A DNA stretch of 64,000 bases, taken from the NCBI GenBank assembly GCA_035084275.1, contig CM068748.1:11966001-12030000 (forward strand). Direction: 5' to 3'. This document shows, piece after piece, positions 25,956-38,055 of this stretch. The position numbers and the translations under genes were made by a program. Below the pieces are notes generated by a model, which was not told the DNA's origin, made no database searches, and worked only from the letters and a program-made list of their open reading frames with translations. Source of the stretch: Hydrolagus colliei (taxonomy: Eukaryota). The first letter of the stretch is position 1, and every line of letters begins with the position of its first letter.

Positions 25956-26099
25956 AGAGAGTTACCACACGATATTCCTCCCTGATCAGTTCAGGGAGAG
26001 CCCTTAACAAATACTCTAACAATGCTCCCATTTAAAAGGCTTTGAGAAGGATTCTGGATTAAGTACTCGGAAATATTCCTTCCCCATGTTTCCCCAATG

Positions 26100-26390
26100 T
26101 TGAGACTTTGAGCTCATAGTCAGCTAACACTCCAATGCACTGCTCAGGTGTCCTGCATTATCAGAGGCGCTATTCTGTGACTGAATCTGCAAACTGGTGT
26201 CCCATCTGTCCATCCCAGATGGACGTTACATATTCCATGGTGCCTTTGAAAGGGGAAGGGTATTTCATCCCTGGCCAATAATCCTCCAGATGAATTGCTT
26301 ATTCATCTGTTTGTGGGACCATTATTGTGCGCAAAGTGGTTTGGGTTTGGAAAGTGCCCAGACATCAATGCAGGTTGTGTGAGGTTCGAC
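26100..26390 (+). mobile_element. Deu-domain SINE relic
   Basis: gactttgagctcatagtcagctaacactccaatgca...gatggacgttacatattccatgg...cctggccaata...ctgtttgtggga. Confidence 0.7.
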
Positions 26391-28144
26391 TGTTAATAAT
26401 TTGCATTAGGATAACTGGTTATTTGCAGATTCAGATGTTTAAACTCCCAGTAAATTGAGACATAGATTAGAACAATTCTATAGTTTATCTCTACTACCCG
26501 CTCGCAAACCTCAAGAGATAATCCATAAGAAGTGATGACTGTTTAACTTGTTGGCCTCAAACGTGTCCCTACGACTGCCTCACAAGAGTCATAAAGCAAT
26601 GCCAGTTTACTTTTGTTTAAACACATACAATTACATCAAGCAACGAAGACCCCAGATTAAACAACATAAAAATGCTGCCTTTGCAAACCCAAACCGAATG
26701 GGGTTTCAATATATGGGATGGCAGAACAGGGTGGGTGGGGGATTAAGATCAAGATATCAGTTCTGGAGTGAGATTTCAGTGCCTGATAAATCATTGAAAT
26801 TCAATTAATATTTAGTCACATTACAAAATAGAGAAGCAAGTATCAAAATATATTTTAATTTTTAAAACAGATTTGGGGTGTCCTGTTGATTATACACTTC
26901 AGACATATCTAGATTCCATATTCGCAGTGAAATCTGTTTAGGAAGATGGCCCAGTTGGCGCTGTGCATTCACCCACTGTGCTTTGCAGTTGGTAAGACAC
27001 AAGCAGTTACATATTTACTCCAATCCATGCTCTTCACAGTTAACCCCTCTCCCAAACCTTTGAAAGCCTAGAGGCAAGTTCCTGCCTTGACTGCCTGCTA
27101 TTCTTCAGAGAACTATGCTTGGCACTAGTGGAAGGTCTTAGAATAAATGGGGGAAAAACATTTTTAAAAAGACTTTAAAAAATGGTTGGGTGTTAAGAGA
27201 AGATTTATAGCACACGCTGAAGCCCTGTACAAATACATTAGAAGTTAGTCATTTGTGGAGCAACTTTTATTCATGTTTACCCAAAGACTTGTGCCTCCTG
27301 CTGTGAACAAAGATGTTACTTTAACACTTTACTGACCTGCCTATGTGCTTCAGACAATGGGGTCGTGGGAGTGAAGGGAATACAGGATAGCAGCTAATAT
27401 GCAATTTAAATTAACCAGTTCCTAAGTAATGAAATTGAATTAACTGGAAATGCCAGAGGTGGATTTATTACGCAATGTCAATGGCATTCATTCAATTTCC
27501 ACCTTACCATTGCAGGATTCATAACACATGTTGCAACTTGACGATCTACATATAACCTATTCCACTCCTTTTTCTCAATTAATAATAATGATAAAACCTC
27601 AAATATTCGACAGCATCAGCTGTTGGGATAACAAATATTCCTTATAATAATCCTTGCATTTAATGTAGCATTGTATCATGTTGAAGTTGACACTCAGAAA
27701 TACATACAACTAACTCACAACAACTGTTGTGAAATAGACCCAAGGCAAATCCTGCTACCAGAGGTAGTTCCAAATAAGTGATATTACACACCATGCACAC
27801 GCACATGTAAGCAGACACGTACACATTGGATACCATTCACTTAATGAAACTGCACTTGCCAAACAGTTCTTTGAGACGGGTTGGTTACTGTCTCCTCCTA
27901 TACCCACTCCCCATAACACAAACCATTCACTTGCTAAAGAGAAACCCACATGATTTGGTCCCCAACAATATGCATTATTCCTTATTCTGCTGCCTCGATA
28001 TATCGGGAAGAATTGTTCTAGGTTTACTTTCTCCGTGAGCATCTTAAATGCCTATAATTAAGATCCTTACTGAGACAACTCTTTTCCAGGTTGAAGATAC
28101 TTCTATGAGGTCTTCTACATGTAAGCCAGTGATCTCTTTTGCAG

Positions 28145-28282
28145 GCACTTACATTCCCAGCTGTGATGAAGATGGATATTATAGGAAACTGCAATGTGAT
28201 CCCTATTCTACCGAGTGCTGGTGTGTCGATCAGCATGGCAGTGAGGTGACTGGAACACGCACACGAGGGAATCCTGATTGCG
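28145..28282 (+). CDS. SPOCK2: SPOCK2 exon, thyroglobulin type-1 domain with CWCV motif
   Basis: ttttgcag| ... TGCG|gtaact, 138 nt. YIPSCDEDGYYRKLQC...CWCVDQHGSEVTGTRTRGNPDC. Confidence 0.96.
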
Positions 28283-28299
28283 GTAACTATTACTTTATA

Positions 28300-28545
28300 C
28301 ATCAGAATATACAACACAGAAACAGGCCATTTGGCCCAACCGGTATACGTCAGTGTTTATGCTCCACATGAGCCTCCTCCTACCCTTCCTCAACTAAGGC
28401 TACAATAATAATTATATCATTATTATCATTATTAAGCCTACAAGCCTTCTATTCCTTTCTCCCTCATGTACCTATCTAGATTCTCCTTAAGTACATCTAT
28501 GCTAGTTGCCTCAACAACTCCTTGTAATAGTAAGTTCCACATTCC
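28300..28545 (-). mobile_element. CR1 LINE 3' fragment, second subfamily
   Basis: Reverse complement reads ggaatgtggaacttact...gttgaggcaactagcatagatg...gttgggccaaatggcctgtttctgtgttgta. Confidence 0.8.
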
Positions 28546-29030
28546 TTTGGGTTAAAATTTTAAATTCAGCAGACAACATAAGAAAATGTTAAACACTGAG
28601 TCATGTCCTGCTTACTGGGCTGTATGACAAGCACACTAGTCGTAAACTGAATGGCAACCTGAAGTTTGTTTAACAAGGAAAGCATAGATTTCAGGAAGAT
28701 TGGCTACTTCAAATGAGCATGCGTTTTCTGCCACCTTTGGTGTTGTACTATACGACACAACAGGTCACATCAGTGATTCAATGAAATTCTGCAGAAGACA
28801 AGAAGCACATCACTCCTTTCCTTATTTTGTTCTTGTCGTTGGTTCCTCTTGTCCTCTGCTTGCCTTTTCTTGCTTGCCTTTCTGCCTCCTCTTCTTCATC
28901 TCTTCCTATCCTGTTTCACATCCTACCTTTCTCTGCACCCCGAATGTTATACTTCTCACTCTTCCCGGTAGCCATAATCCTCGATCTTGTTGCTGTAGGT
29001 TTGAACGTGTTTTTCTCCTCCTGTTTACAG

Positions 29031-29176
29031 ACGATGTGATAAGTTTTTCTGGTGACTTTGGCAGTGGGGTCGGCTGGGAGGATGAAGAAGAGAAAGAGAC
29101 AGAAGAGAACATTGAAGAGATAGAGGAGGACGAGGGGGAAATGGGGGAGGCTGATGACGGAGGCTACATCTGGTAG
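29031..29176 (+). CDS. SPOCK2: SPOCK2 last coding exon: glycosaminoglycan-attachment SG sites and acidic tail, stop TAG
   Basis: gtttacag|...FSGDFGSGVGWEDEEEKETEE...EADDGGYIW*, the testican-2 C-terminus. Confidence 0.96.
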
Positions 29177-31599
29177 AGCTAAACAACTAGCAGTACCTGT
29201 ACTAACCCACCCTTTGCACATATTCTCCAAACATCCATACACCACTCCTAACTAATTCATCCTATGCTCCACATTGTACATCACCAGCCATATTGCCACT
29301 GAAACTCCAGGCACTAGTGAGCACACTATTAACACTACTAACCAAACTATTTAACACCACTGATTTATCATACTAACACTACTGGGTGGAGCAAACTCCA
29401 ATGATAACACTGATGACTGACCACAATAACTCAAACAGTGACATTAATTGTCTCCCCACCACTTCCCCCAGCAATCACAACAACACATTGACATGCTACA
29501 GTCCTGAAAGTATCACTCTCCTACATGGGGTAGAAACAAGGACCTCACTGCTGTGGGATGTATATGAGTATGAATGTAGACAGACAGAGAGAGTGCAGTT
29601 CAGCAGTTTCATTCCAAAGTGTATAGTGGACAACTTCGGAAAACCATGCATTCTCTCATCCATTTCCTGTCCCACCCAACCCCTATATGCACACACACAT
29701 ACAAACAAACACACACAAACACACAAAGACCTGTATTTACATATAGTTACTGTTTCTAAAATGATTTATGTTCATTTTGACATGAAAGTCAGTACACTGA
29801 GGACTACAAGGATAAGAGGAGCGTCGTCACCATCTGCACGAGTGCAACATTTCCTTGTATGTGATGCTTGTGGGCTAGAAATGGGCCCGCCAGAAGGGTT
29901 GAAGCAAGGGTTGAAGCAAGTGCAGTTTAAAGAGGTGCCATCAATAGGTAGGATTAAAGCTTCTACATGAACGCCAGATATCATTGCAACCATATCAACA
30001 AGTGCAGCAGATTTTCATAAAAATTCATAAAAATTGGTCAGAGTATCCAGTATGAGTGTCATTGAAAATGGATTCCTGAAAAAAAATGAGGGAGAGAAGG
30101 TCTGACTCCTCCAAATTATGAATAATACATTATTTTCAATCTTTATAGCATTTGTGAATGTTCATAATTCCTATTCATCTGTTGAAACTCATGAGACAGT
30201 GCTTCAGAGAAAAGTCTCCATTAGTGTGAAATACGCTCTGAATATAATTCCCCAAATCTAAAAGTGTCAGGACTAAGTGGTAGAAGGTCATATTAACTTA
30301 ACTTTTTTTTCCAAAAAATACAGAGACAGTAATTTATGTTACAACTTTCTTATCCTGCTCCCCTTAATGTTTTACATTTTCTTTTTAAAGAAACACTAGT
30401 GCACCTTCGAGGGGAAATGAGAATGCAGATTATTTTGTTTCTTAACTCCTTTCACAGCGAATCATTCAACAAACTGACATGCACTACTGAGTTTAGGAAA
30501 TATTCAGGAGTAATGAGGCAAATATGTCTACAAATTAAAAGAAACCACAACTTAACTTTGTCACTGCACAAACCTACACTTAATGTCTGATCAAAACACT
30601 CTCACACAATAAGCTAGAATTCTGTTTTACTTCCATTTATCCCAGTGTAGTGTTATTATCTTCAAAGCTCTCCACGCATGCTATGCCTCTGCCTTTCGTA
30701 ATTCTGTTGGTATTCAAGGTGCACGAGAGCAGTGCAGCTTGACTGGTTCTCTCACTAAGTAAAGGCACTTGAACTCCCTTCCCCTCAAGGTGGCTCAGCA
30801 GAGCTAGAAACTGAACATGCAGCGAATACTGAGTTTGGAAGCAGCACATCACAAGCTAACTCATTATTTGGCTTCTAACACCAACCTTTATTGACAATAA
30901 GAGAGTGTGACAAAGAACCATATCCTTTCCTGAGCATTGTCTGCATATTGTTTACACATCTTAAATCTTTTCACAGTGCACTTGGGCAAATTCTGCAAGC
31001 ATTGGGTAAATCTTGTCACATACATTGTTTGTTATTCACATAGCAAATCACAAAAGGAAAGATTAATTTGACTAACTTTACACTATTTTTTAGAGGTTGC
31101 GGGGAATGTTTCTCCATTGGACAAGAAACATGTGGGTTTAATATAATACATTCTCAGTGATATGAGTCATTTTTCATCTGCACTGATTCTGTGCTCAGAG
31201 CAGCAAGACCCTGGGGAATGTGATTAGAACTGCACCAGTATATTAGGCAATAAAAACCTGCCAATTGAAATGAATCCCCTCTAAACAAGATTACAGCTGA
31301 TTTGAGGGCTTACTTGTCTGGGTGCTGAACTATAACAAATTTAGCAGGAGATGAATCAAGAGTTTTTTTTATACTGCTGCTGCATATCCTTGATTCTCCA
31401 TTCAGCTACACACTCTCCCAAGGTCAGCCAGGCAGAGTATTACTCTGGCGATCTTTCGGTTGGTTGCCTCTGCTTTATAAATACAATAGTTGGAGATTCA
31501 TGCATTAGCGAGATAGTCAGTGTATTGCTTAAGGAATCACCTTAAATATGTTGTTAACAAATAGGGATGGAAGGGTGCAGTGGGTCGTTAAATTTCTGG

Positions 31600-31960
31600 G
31601 ACTTGGGTTTGAGTCAACGAATCCAGCACCGACTGAGGAGAAAGACATCTCTCTGATGGTGCCATGATTCTGAGTGACGTAAATGTGGGTTAAACTAAAA
31701 CCTATTCCCAGTAGGCATCAGCCTAAGGCAACTAAATGTGCATTGTTAGGCTACTGATTACTGGCATATTACTAGCGTAACTGAGAAAGAAATTGAATAA
31801 ATGGAAATTTTGTATCAATTTTCTTCTGAGGTTGGGGTTAAAGTGCATTCCTGAGACAGAGTAGAGGGAGCTTTACTCTGTATGAACTCCTACTATATGT
31901 GACCTATGAAGGATTGCTTCTGACAATGGGTGCAAATAATGGGGGGGAAAGGAAGTTCAT
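31600..31960 (+). mobile_element. LF-SINE-like relic
   Basis: gaggttggggttaaagtgcatt...gtagagggagctttactctgtat; related segment at about 57350-57480. Family name from a recalled consensus. Confidence 0.5.
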
Positions 31961-33996
31961 TCAAACACCAACTGGAGCAGGAATAATTTAGTACAGAAGA
32001 GAATTACTAGGAGTGTGACTTTATTTGGTTATTTTCACAATGGAGAAGAGGAAGAACGTCACCATTAGGTCCACTGGATGTCAATGCCCTGTTATTCCAA
32101 ACATCTTTGCAATGAGTTGCTTCCATGTCTACAAGGCAAACACTGTACAAAGCACACACAGCAGGCAAAGCCCACCCGAGCATGCACAAGTACATATTTG
32201 TTGGACATACAGATGACATTACTTTTATGGTTCTCACATTCCCTGCCAAAGCCCAGCTTCTTGTCCATAATGCTATCCATGAAACAGCTTTTTGAAACTA
32301 TTCTGTGAGTTACCAGTTCAAAGGGCAGGCATCCCGGTCAGCATTCTCTCACAGACCAAATCATCCTTTTACTTATTACTTATTCCCATCTGTCTCTTAA
32401 TTGCTTTGAATGTGTTCAAGGGTGAAATGTTACCTTCTTTACAATATCCTTCCTGTTCAGCTTGCAACTACAAATGCTCGAAATTTTATCTAGGTTTTTA
32501 ATCAAAGCTAAACGTACGAAGACATCTCAGTAGGTGAAGAGCCTCTCAAATGTAGTACTCTGGAGCAGAAAGTTACAGGTCGATCACTCAGTCTGTGCTG
32601 TTAGCCAATTAAACCCTTGGCAGCTGTTCATGAGCCACAGCTGGCTTCATTGACCCTGCTGGACAGTGTGTTAATGTTAGTACAGGGTTGATTTAAGCTT
32701 TATGCCCTTCCCAGGCAATGGACTCGCTGCACTCAAGGCTTAGGCTACATATGTAAAATGATTTGATCTGTGGATCTATACAAGTTAATGCCTTACAAGA
32801 GAAATTGGCAAAAACAAAAGCGGAAATGGAAAATGTTTTAAGATGTTGAAATATTCATAACTTTTCCAAAACTTAACTCACTGGCCTGCCCAGCTCCACC
32901 CTCCATAAACTCCAGACATCCACATCTCTGCAGCCCATTTCCTCATCTGCCTCATTCTCTGCATGTCTATGCATGTCCTTGTCCGACTCCACTCCCTATT
33001 ACCAAGTGGATCGTCTTTAAGATTTTACCCTTAAATGTCTCCATGGTCTTGCCCCACCCAAACTACCTCAGTAATATCCTTCAACGCTACTCCCCTAGCC
33101 ACTCCCTCTGTCCCACCAGGTCTGGCCTATTTTATGCCCCATGCATGCTCTGCCCCAGCAACAGCAGGTAAGCTTTCATCCACTTTGCCCTGCTCTCTAA
33201 TATTCTCTTTCTAAATCCCTCTATTTCATCGTCTTACCCCCCCGCCACCCCCCATCCACCACCACCACACTTTGAGGCTCGTACTCAGTCATTATGAAGC
33301 ATTTTGACATATTCTTCCTATGTAAACGGCACTATGTAAGTGTGAATTGTTGATGCTACATCAGTTGCCTTCATTGTGGCACCAACTTGATATGACTACT
33401 AAACCACGGCTGAGTCTCCCCAAATATTCATATTGAGATGAACAGGCAGGACGAGCGAACTGAGTTATTGTCAGTGAGGAAACAATCATTAACCCAGGTC
33501 TGTTCCAGCACTAATTGTTAATCTTTCAGCTCCTTCCAGGTTCAGTGACTCCACCAAAAACAACTCATCCTATAATGTCTCAGTGTGTGTTTGTCAAGCA
33601 CACAAAAATACAACAAAGAAATAAGCAAAAGCTATTAATAAATATAATGTTTTAGAATGAGGGATTAGGATGCTGACTCCTGCTTATTAATGGGTGACAT
33701 TGTTGACACACTACTTGAAACATTTCACAAATTCTTTACTTGAAATGTTATATATACTTGAATTTTACACTCACTATGAAAAGCTGGCATAAAAGTATCC
33801 TTAATTGCTTCCATTTTGTTTGGATCAAATATTGCATTGTGCACATACCTGTAACTGTAAGCTTGTACTTGTTTGGTTGTAGGGTGCAATGCTCATTATG
33901 TGGACTGTGAATGTTTTTACTAAAAGTGTTAGAAAACGAGGCTCCTGCAGGCTTCTTACAAGACTGTCACACCAGGAAAACTCTTGACCCCAAAAC

Positions 33997-34274
33997 CAGG
34001 CCCTCTTAAGAGGTTCAGAGAGGCCCAGGCCACTTCCAACTTTTGAGACCCCTGGCCATAAAAAAAATGACGGTTAAGTTTCAAATCACAGCCTCACCAT
34101 ATTTAATAACTACGATATTAGGAAATTATAATTAAAATTTAGTTTTTTTTAAATGAACCTAATAAAAACGTGTAAACATTTTTAAAAAAATGAACGTGTC
34201 TAAATTTGAGGCCCCCTTTGAGCTTGAGGCCTAGGCCAAATGGCTCTCCCGGCCTCCCCCTCTGATTGGCCCTG
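33997..34274. mobile_element. Putative hAT-type MITE
   Basis: Termini caggccc / ggccctg, GC-rich ends with repeated gaggcc motifs around an AT-rich core, and flanking 8-mers cccaaaac / cccctaac (6/8 match, the hAT target-site length). Confidence 0.55.
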
Positions 34275-36473
34275 CCCCTAACTACTGAGTTACTGGCTTA
34301 TCTGACCATTGAACTCAGTTGGTTTCACTTGCAGTGTGAGTGTCATGAGTCTTTGGCAGGAGTCACTTTTGTTACTTGTACCATGTGTATGATTGTCTGA
34401 ATTTCAATCATAGTGAGACCTGTGAGCAAATAGCTTGCCTGGAAGGCAGAGCAAATTCCATTGTTTTGACCATTCTGCATGGTCCCAGCAGTGATGTGAC
34501 TCACTTGCTGTCACAGCATTACTGGAAACTCCGGCATTGAAACTATCATATTCACAAACTAGATTTGATTCAGGTATTGCTGATGTACGTAAAAATATGA
34601 GAATTGTTGAGATTTGGAAGCTTCTAACCAAAAATCCCAAGCCAGAAAGCCCAGCAAAAGAGGTAGTAATGTTGCTGGCTAGTCCTTTATCAGACATTTT
34701 CAGCTTCAGATTTGTAGTCTAAAACCTGGCAAGGACAGGCAGGCTACAATTGAGAGTTGAATCTGATTTGTGAATATCATATTTTCCACCTAACTGGGCA
34801 CTGATTAAAAAAAAGTGTAAACTGAATGTAGGTTAATTAATGCAATACAATCTTACTTTGTCTTGTACAGAAATGGGATTTTCATAGATGCTGTTGATCC
34901 ATCTTATATTTAGAGATAATGCTCAAGTTATAATTTATCTGGACCAGTACAATACATACTCGAACAATACAATAGAAGAAGCAGAATGTCTGCCTGCCCA
35001 GCTCTGTGTTACAGAGATTTATTTTACGTGGAACAAATTTGTTGCTGCTGCTGTTCTACTTGTAATTTAGGTATCTTGAAAATTTTGAAATAACTTCTGT
35101 AAATCATATTTGATAGAGCAAATCCTGGATTTGTCACAAGTAGGTGAAGTGTGAGAATCCTTGCCGTAGTTAGCGCAGAACCAGCATGAGTGCAGTTAGG
35201 AAAGCTGTCATCTTTCAGGTCGTCGGCATTCCAGGCATTAAAGAAGAAATTCTTCGCACTGGATTTCTCAATGGATAAATGTGTTTCACTTAATCATTTA
35301 GACATGATCTGCACTGAGTTCATTGATTTCAGTCAATGGAAGTAGGGGATACTACCAGCCAAAGTCTCTCTTCCCTGATTATAACGTAATGACCGTTTGC
35401 TGAAAGTTCATGTATGTGTATTGAGAATAGTCTTGCGTTCTGTTAAGACCACTGATGCCTCAGTGGTCTTAACAGTCCCACGACATACATTCTCTCAGTT
35501 CACACTTGAAGAATTAATCCTTTCAGTAATTACAAGAGGATACAACCAATGGAATCCAGGTGAGACATGTTCAGGAGAAGAGGGATAAGGCTAGAATGAT
35601 AGTGGGACGTTATGATTGAAAACAACACTCAATTATCATACTGTGTCCAGTGTAAAGCCTTTGTGTAGTAACATGCTGCACTCCAGGAAAAGAGAACACA
35701 GGTTAGAATATTATAGAACCCAAGTGTGCAAGTAAAGCTGCGTGGTTGACTCATTCATTCATACAGACGCTGTGCCTTTCTGGATTAGATGCTTTTAGAA
35801 GACCCACTGCACAGAAATGTCTCTATTGAATGGCGTAAACTGTTGTGATCAGTTGTCCAATCACCCACCTCAGAATAAGAACGGAACCGCTTGCTTCAAT
35901 TGGTTGCCTTTTGTGGGAAAAGTGCTCCTTTTGTTAAACAATTGCAAAGGTGAATTTCGGTATCATTTCCAGTGTTGATAAATTAGTTTTTTTTAAAAAG
36001 TTAAAGTAACGTTGTGTTTGCACGTCCGTCTTTTCCAAGAGCAAATGTGCAGTTCATGTACAAACTAAAGAAGAAATTCTTGAAGCATATATACAAACTA
36101 GCATAATGTAGCGATTAGAGGTGCATTTTAGCAACATGGAATAGCTTGGAACTTAGCACAGTCCCATTCCTGCACAGCTGCAGAGATTTTTAGGGAAGGT
36201 GGGTGGGAGGGGGTTTGAGTGAAACCCCGCAATCTTGTTGTATGGTATTAGTGGGGAACTCTTATCTGCTTTCCTTCTGTGACAGTGGAGATGTCTGTAA
36301 TGCTCTAATAATCTGTATGTAGATCAAATGCAATTTCATATTCACTCACCGGATAGATTAATGTATGCCTTGAGATTCAATGGGGTTATTCTCAGAATGT
36401 ATAAATCCTGTCTGTTGTACTGAATGTTACTGCTTGGAACTGTCTTACTCTCGATATTTACATTGTATTTGAT

Positions 36474-36479
36474 AATAAA
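36474..36479 (+). terminator. Candidate distal polyadenylation signal of SPOCK2 (would imply a 3'UTR of about 7 kb)
   Basis: AATAAA closing a repeat-poor, TGTA-rich stretch (about 35900-36480). Other AATAAA hexamers lie upstream (e.g. about 31248), so usage is unproven. Confidence 0.3.
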
Positions 36480-37331
36480 ATAACCCATTTATCTGAACAC
36501 TCTCTTGCCACATCATTAAAATGAAATTAATTGGGATTATTTGCTTCACCAGAGCTTTGCCAGAATGTTCAAGACATAGTCATATAAACAAACTAGAATA
36601 ATGGAGCTGATTAGATGGTGAGTTGTGACGATGTGGAACGTTAGGAATTCAGCAGTCCCATTCCTGCGCACTTCTTTGCAAGAAGAAACACAAAATTAGT
36701 TTATATTTTGGACTTTGAGCTCATAGTCTAGAGGCTGACGATGCATTGCTGGGGGATTATCTATAATGGCTGTGTGCAAATGTTATGCCCTGTTTGCCTA
36801 CACATAAAAAGTCACTATATTTTAAAGTATTTTCAACATGATAAGGTGCTATATCAAGTGCATGGATCATTATTATTAAGGGGCTGTGATGAAGGGGAAA
36901 GAAAAAGTAAGAAAACTGACAAACCAGTGTGTGAGATAGTTATTCTGTGGGCAGTAGGACTCTGGCAGTGTTTAATCTACTGAAAAGGCCTGGCTTGCTG
37001 CCCTGACTACCTCAAAACCTCAATCGGAACCAAATGTCCACAGCCTGGGTCACGTGATAGCTGAAACACAAAATATTATTATTTACTCAGGATCTCCCTG
37101 GGCCTCAGTACAGGACAACTTGGGGAGAGAGAGAACATTAAAAGCAAGCTTTGTACATCAGCAAATGTAATCTATTTTATTTTAATAAAGTAAACAGATC
37201 AAACTATTTGCGACATTACTGTAACACACGCACATGCGTACAACAATCTTAAAAGTGAAATGATTCAGAGGAATTGGGAATCTATCCTGCATCAGCATTC
37301 CATGCACCACTGGAAGAAATCAATTCTATTC

Positions 37332-38055
37332 AACAACAACAAAATTAAATTTGAATAGCATCTTTCATGTCTGGAGGATGTCCCAAGGCGCTGGACAAGT
37401 GTTTTGGACACGATCTGGGGATCGGGATGGGGGAGGTTGGAGGGCAGGCGGGGAAGGAGGGAGATCGAAGGCACAGTCAAAGAGGGGATGAGACTTGGAA
37501 GGAGGCAGGGAAGTGGGTGAGGCGGAGGGACTGCTGGAAGGAGTTCCAGAAGGTGGGGGCAGAGTGGCAGAAGGCTCGCCTGGCAATAGTGGGGTAGGCG
37601 AGGTGAGGGACGTGGAGCAGGCCGGAGATCGCTAAGCGCAGGGAGCAGACAGTTTGGTAAGGGATTAGGAAGTTGCAGAGGTAGTGGGAGCAAGGCCCTA
37701 GAGGGATTTGAAGGTGAGAACCAGGATCTTGAACTGTATCCTCTGTGTGAAGGGGAGCCAGTGGAGTCGAGTGAGGATGGGGTGGGAGGGTCATGGAGCT
37801 GGTGCGGGAGTAGAGACGGGCTGCAGTTCTGGATTTTCTGCCGCCTATGGTGAGAGGAGTTGGGGAAGCCAACAAGCAGGGAGTTTGCATAGTCGAGCCT
37901 GGATGTTACGAATACATGCATGAAGGTCTCAGCGGCCTGCGGGGTGAGACCATGACGGAGTTGGGCTATCATGCTGAGGTGGGTGAAAACAGAGTAGGAC
38001 ATGACACGGATGTGGGGTAGAAAGGTAGAGTGTCAAACAAGACACCAAGGTTCTA
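37332..38055 (-). mobile_element. Longest L2 LINE fragment (frameshifted ORF2 C-terminus and 3' tail)
   Basis: HVFVTSRLDYANSLL and RRAFCHSAPTFWNS L2 motifs; (TTG)n tail. Confidence 0.92.

Noticed and set aside
29386-29970. 194-aa ORF after SPOCK2
   Set aside because: GTG start, lies in the 3'UTR, includes a CA repeat and has no recognisable domain.
6460-30035. Short tandem duplications (about 6460, 20065, 29897, 30013)
   Set aside because: 10-20 bp slippage duplications, common in vertebrate DNA, with no sign of function.
37292-38002. 236-aa ORF as a host gene
   Set aside because: Frameshifted L2 ORF2 remnant.
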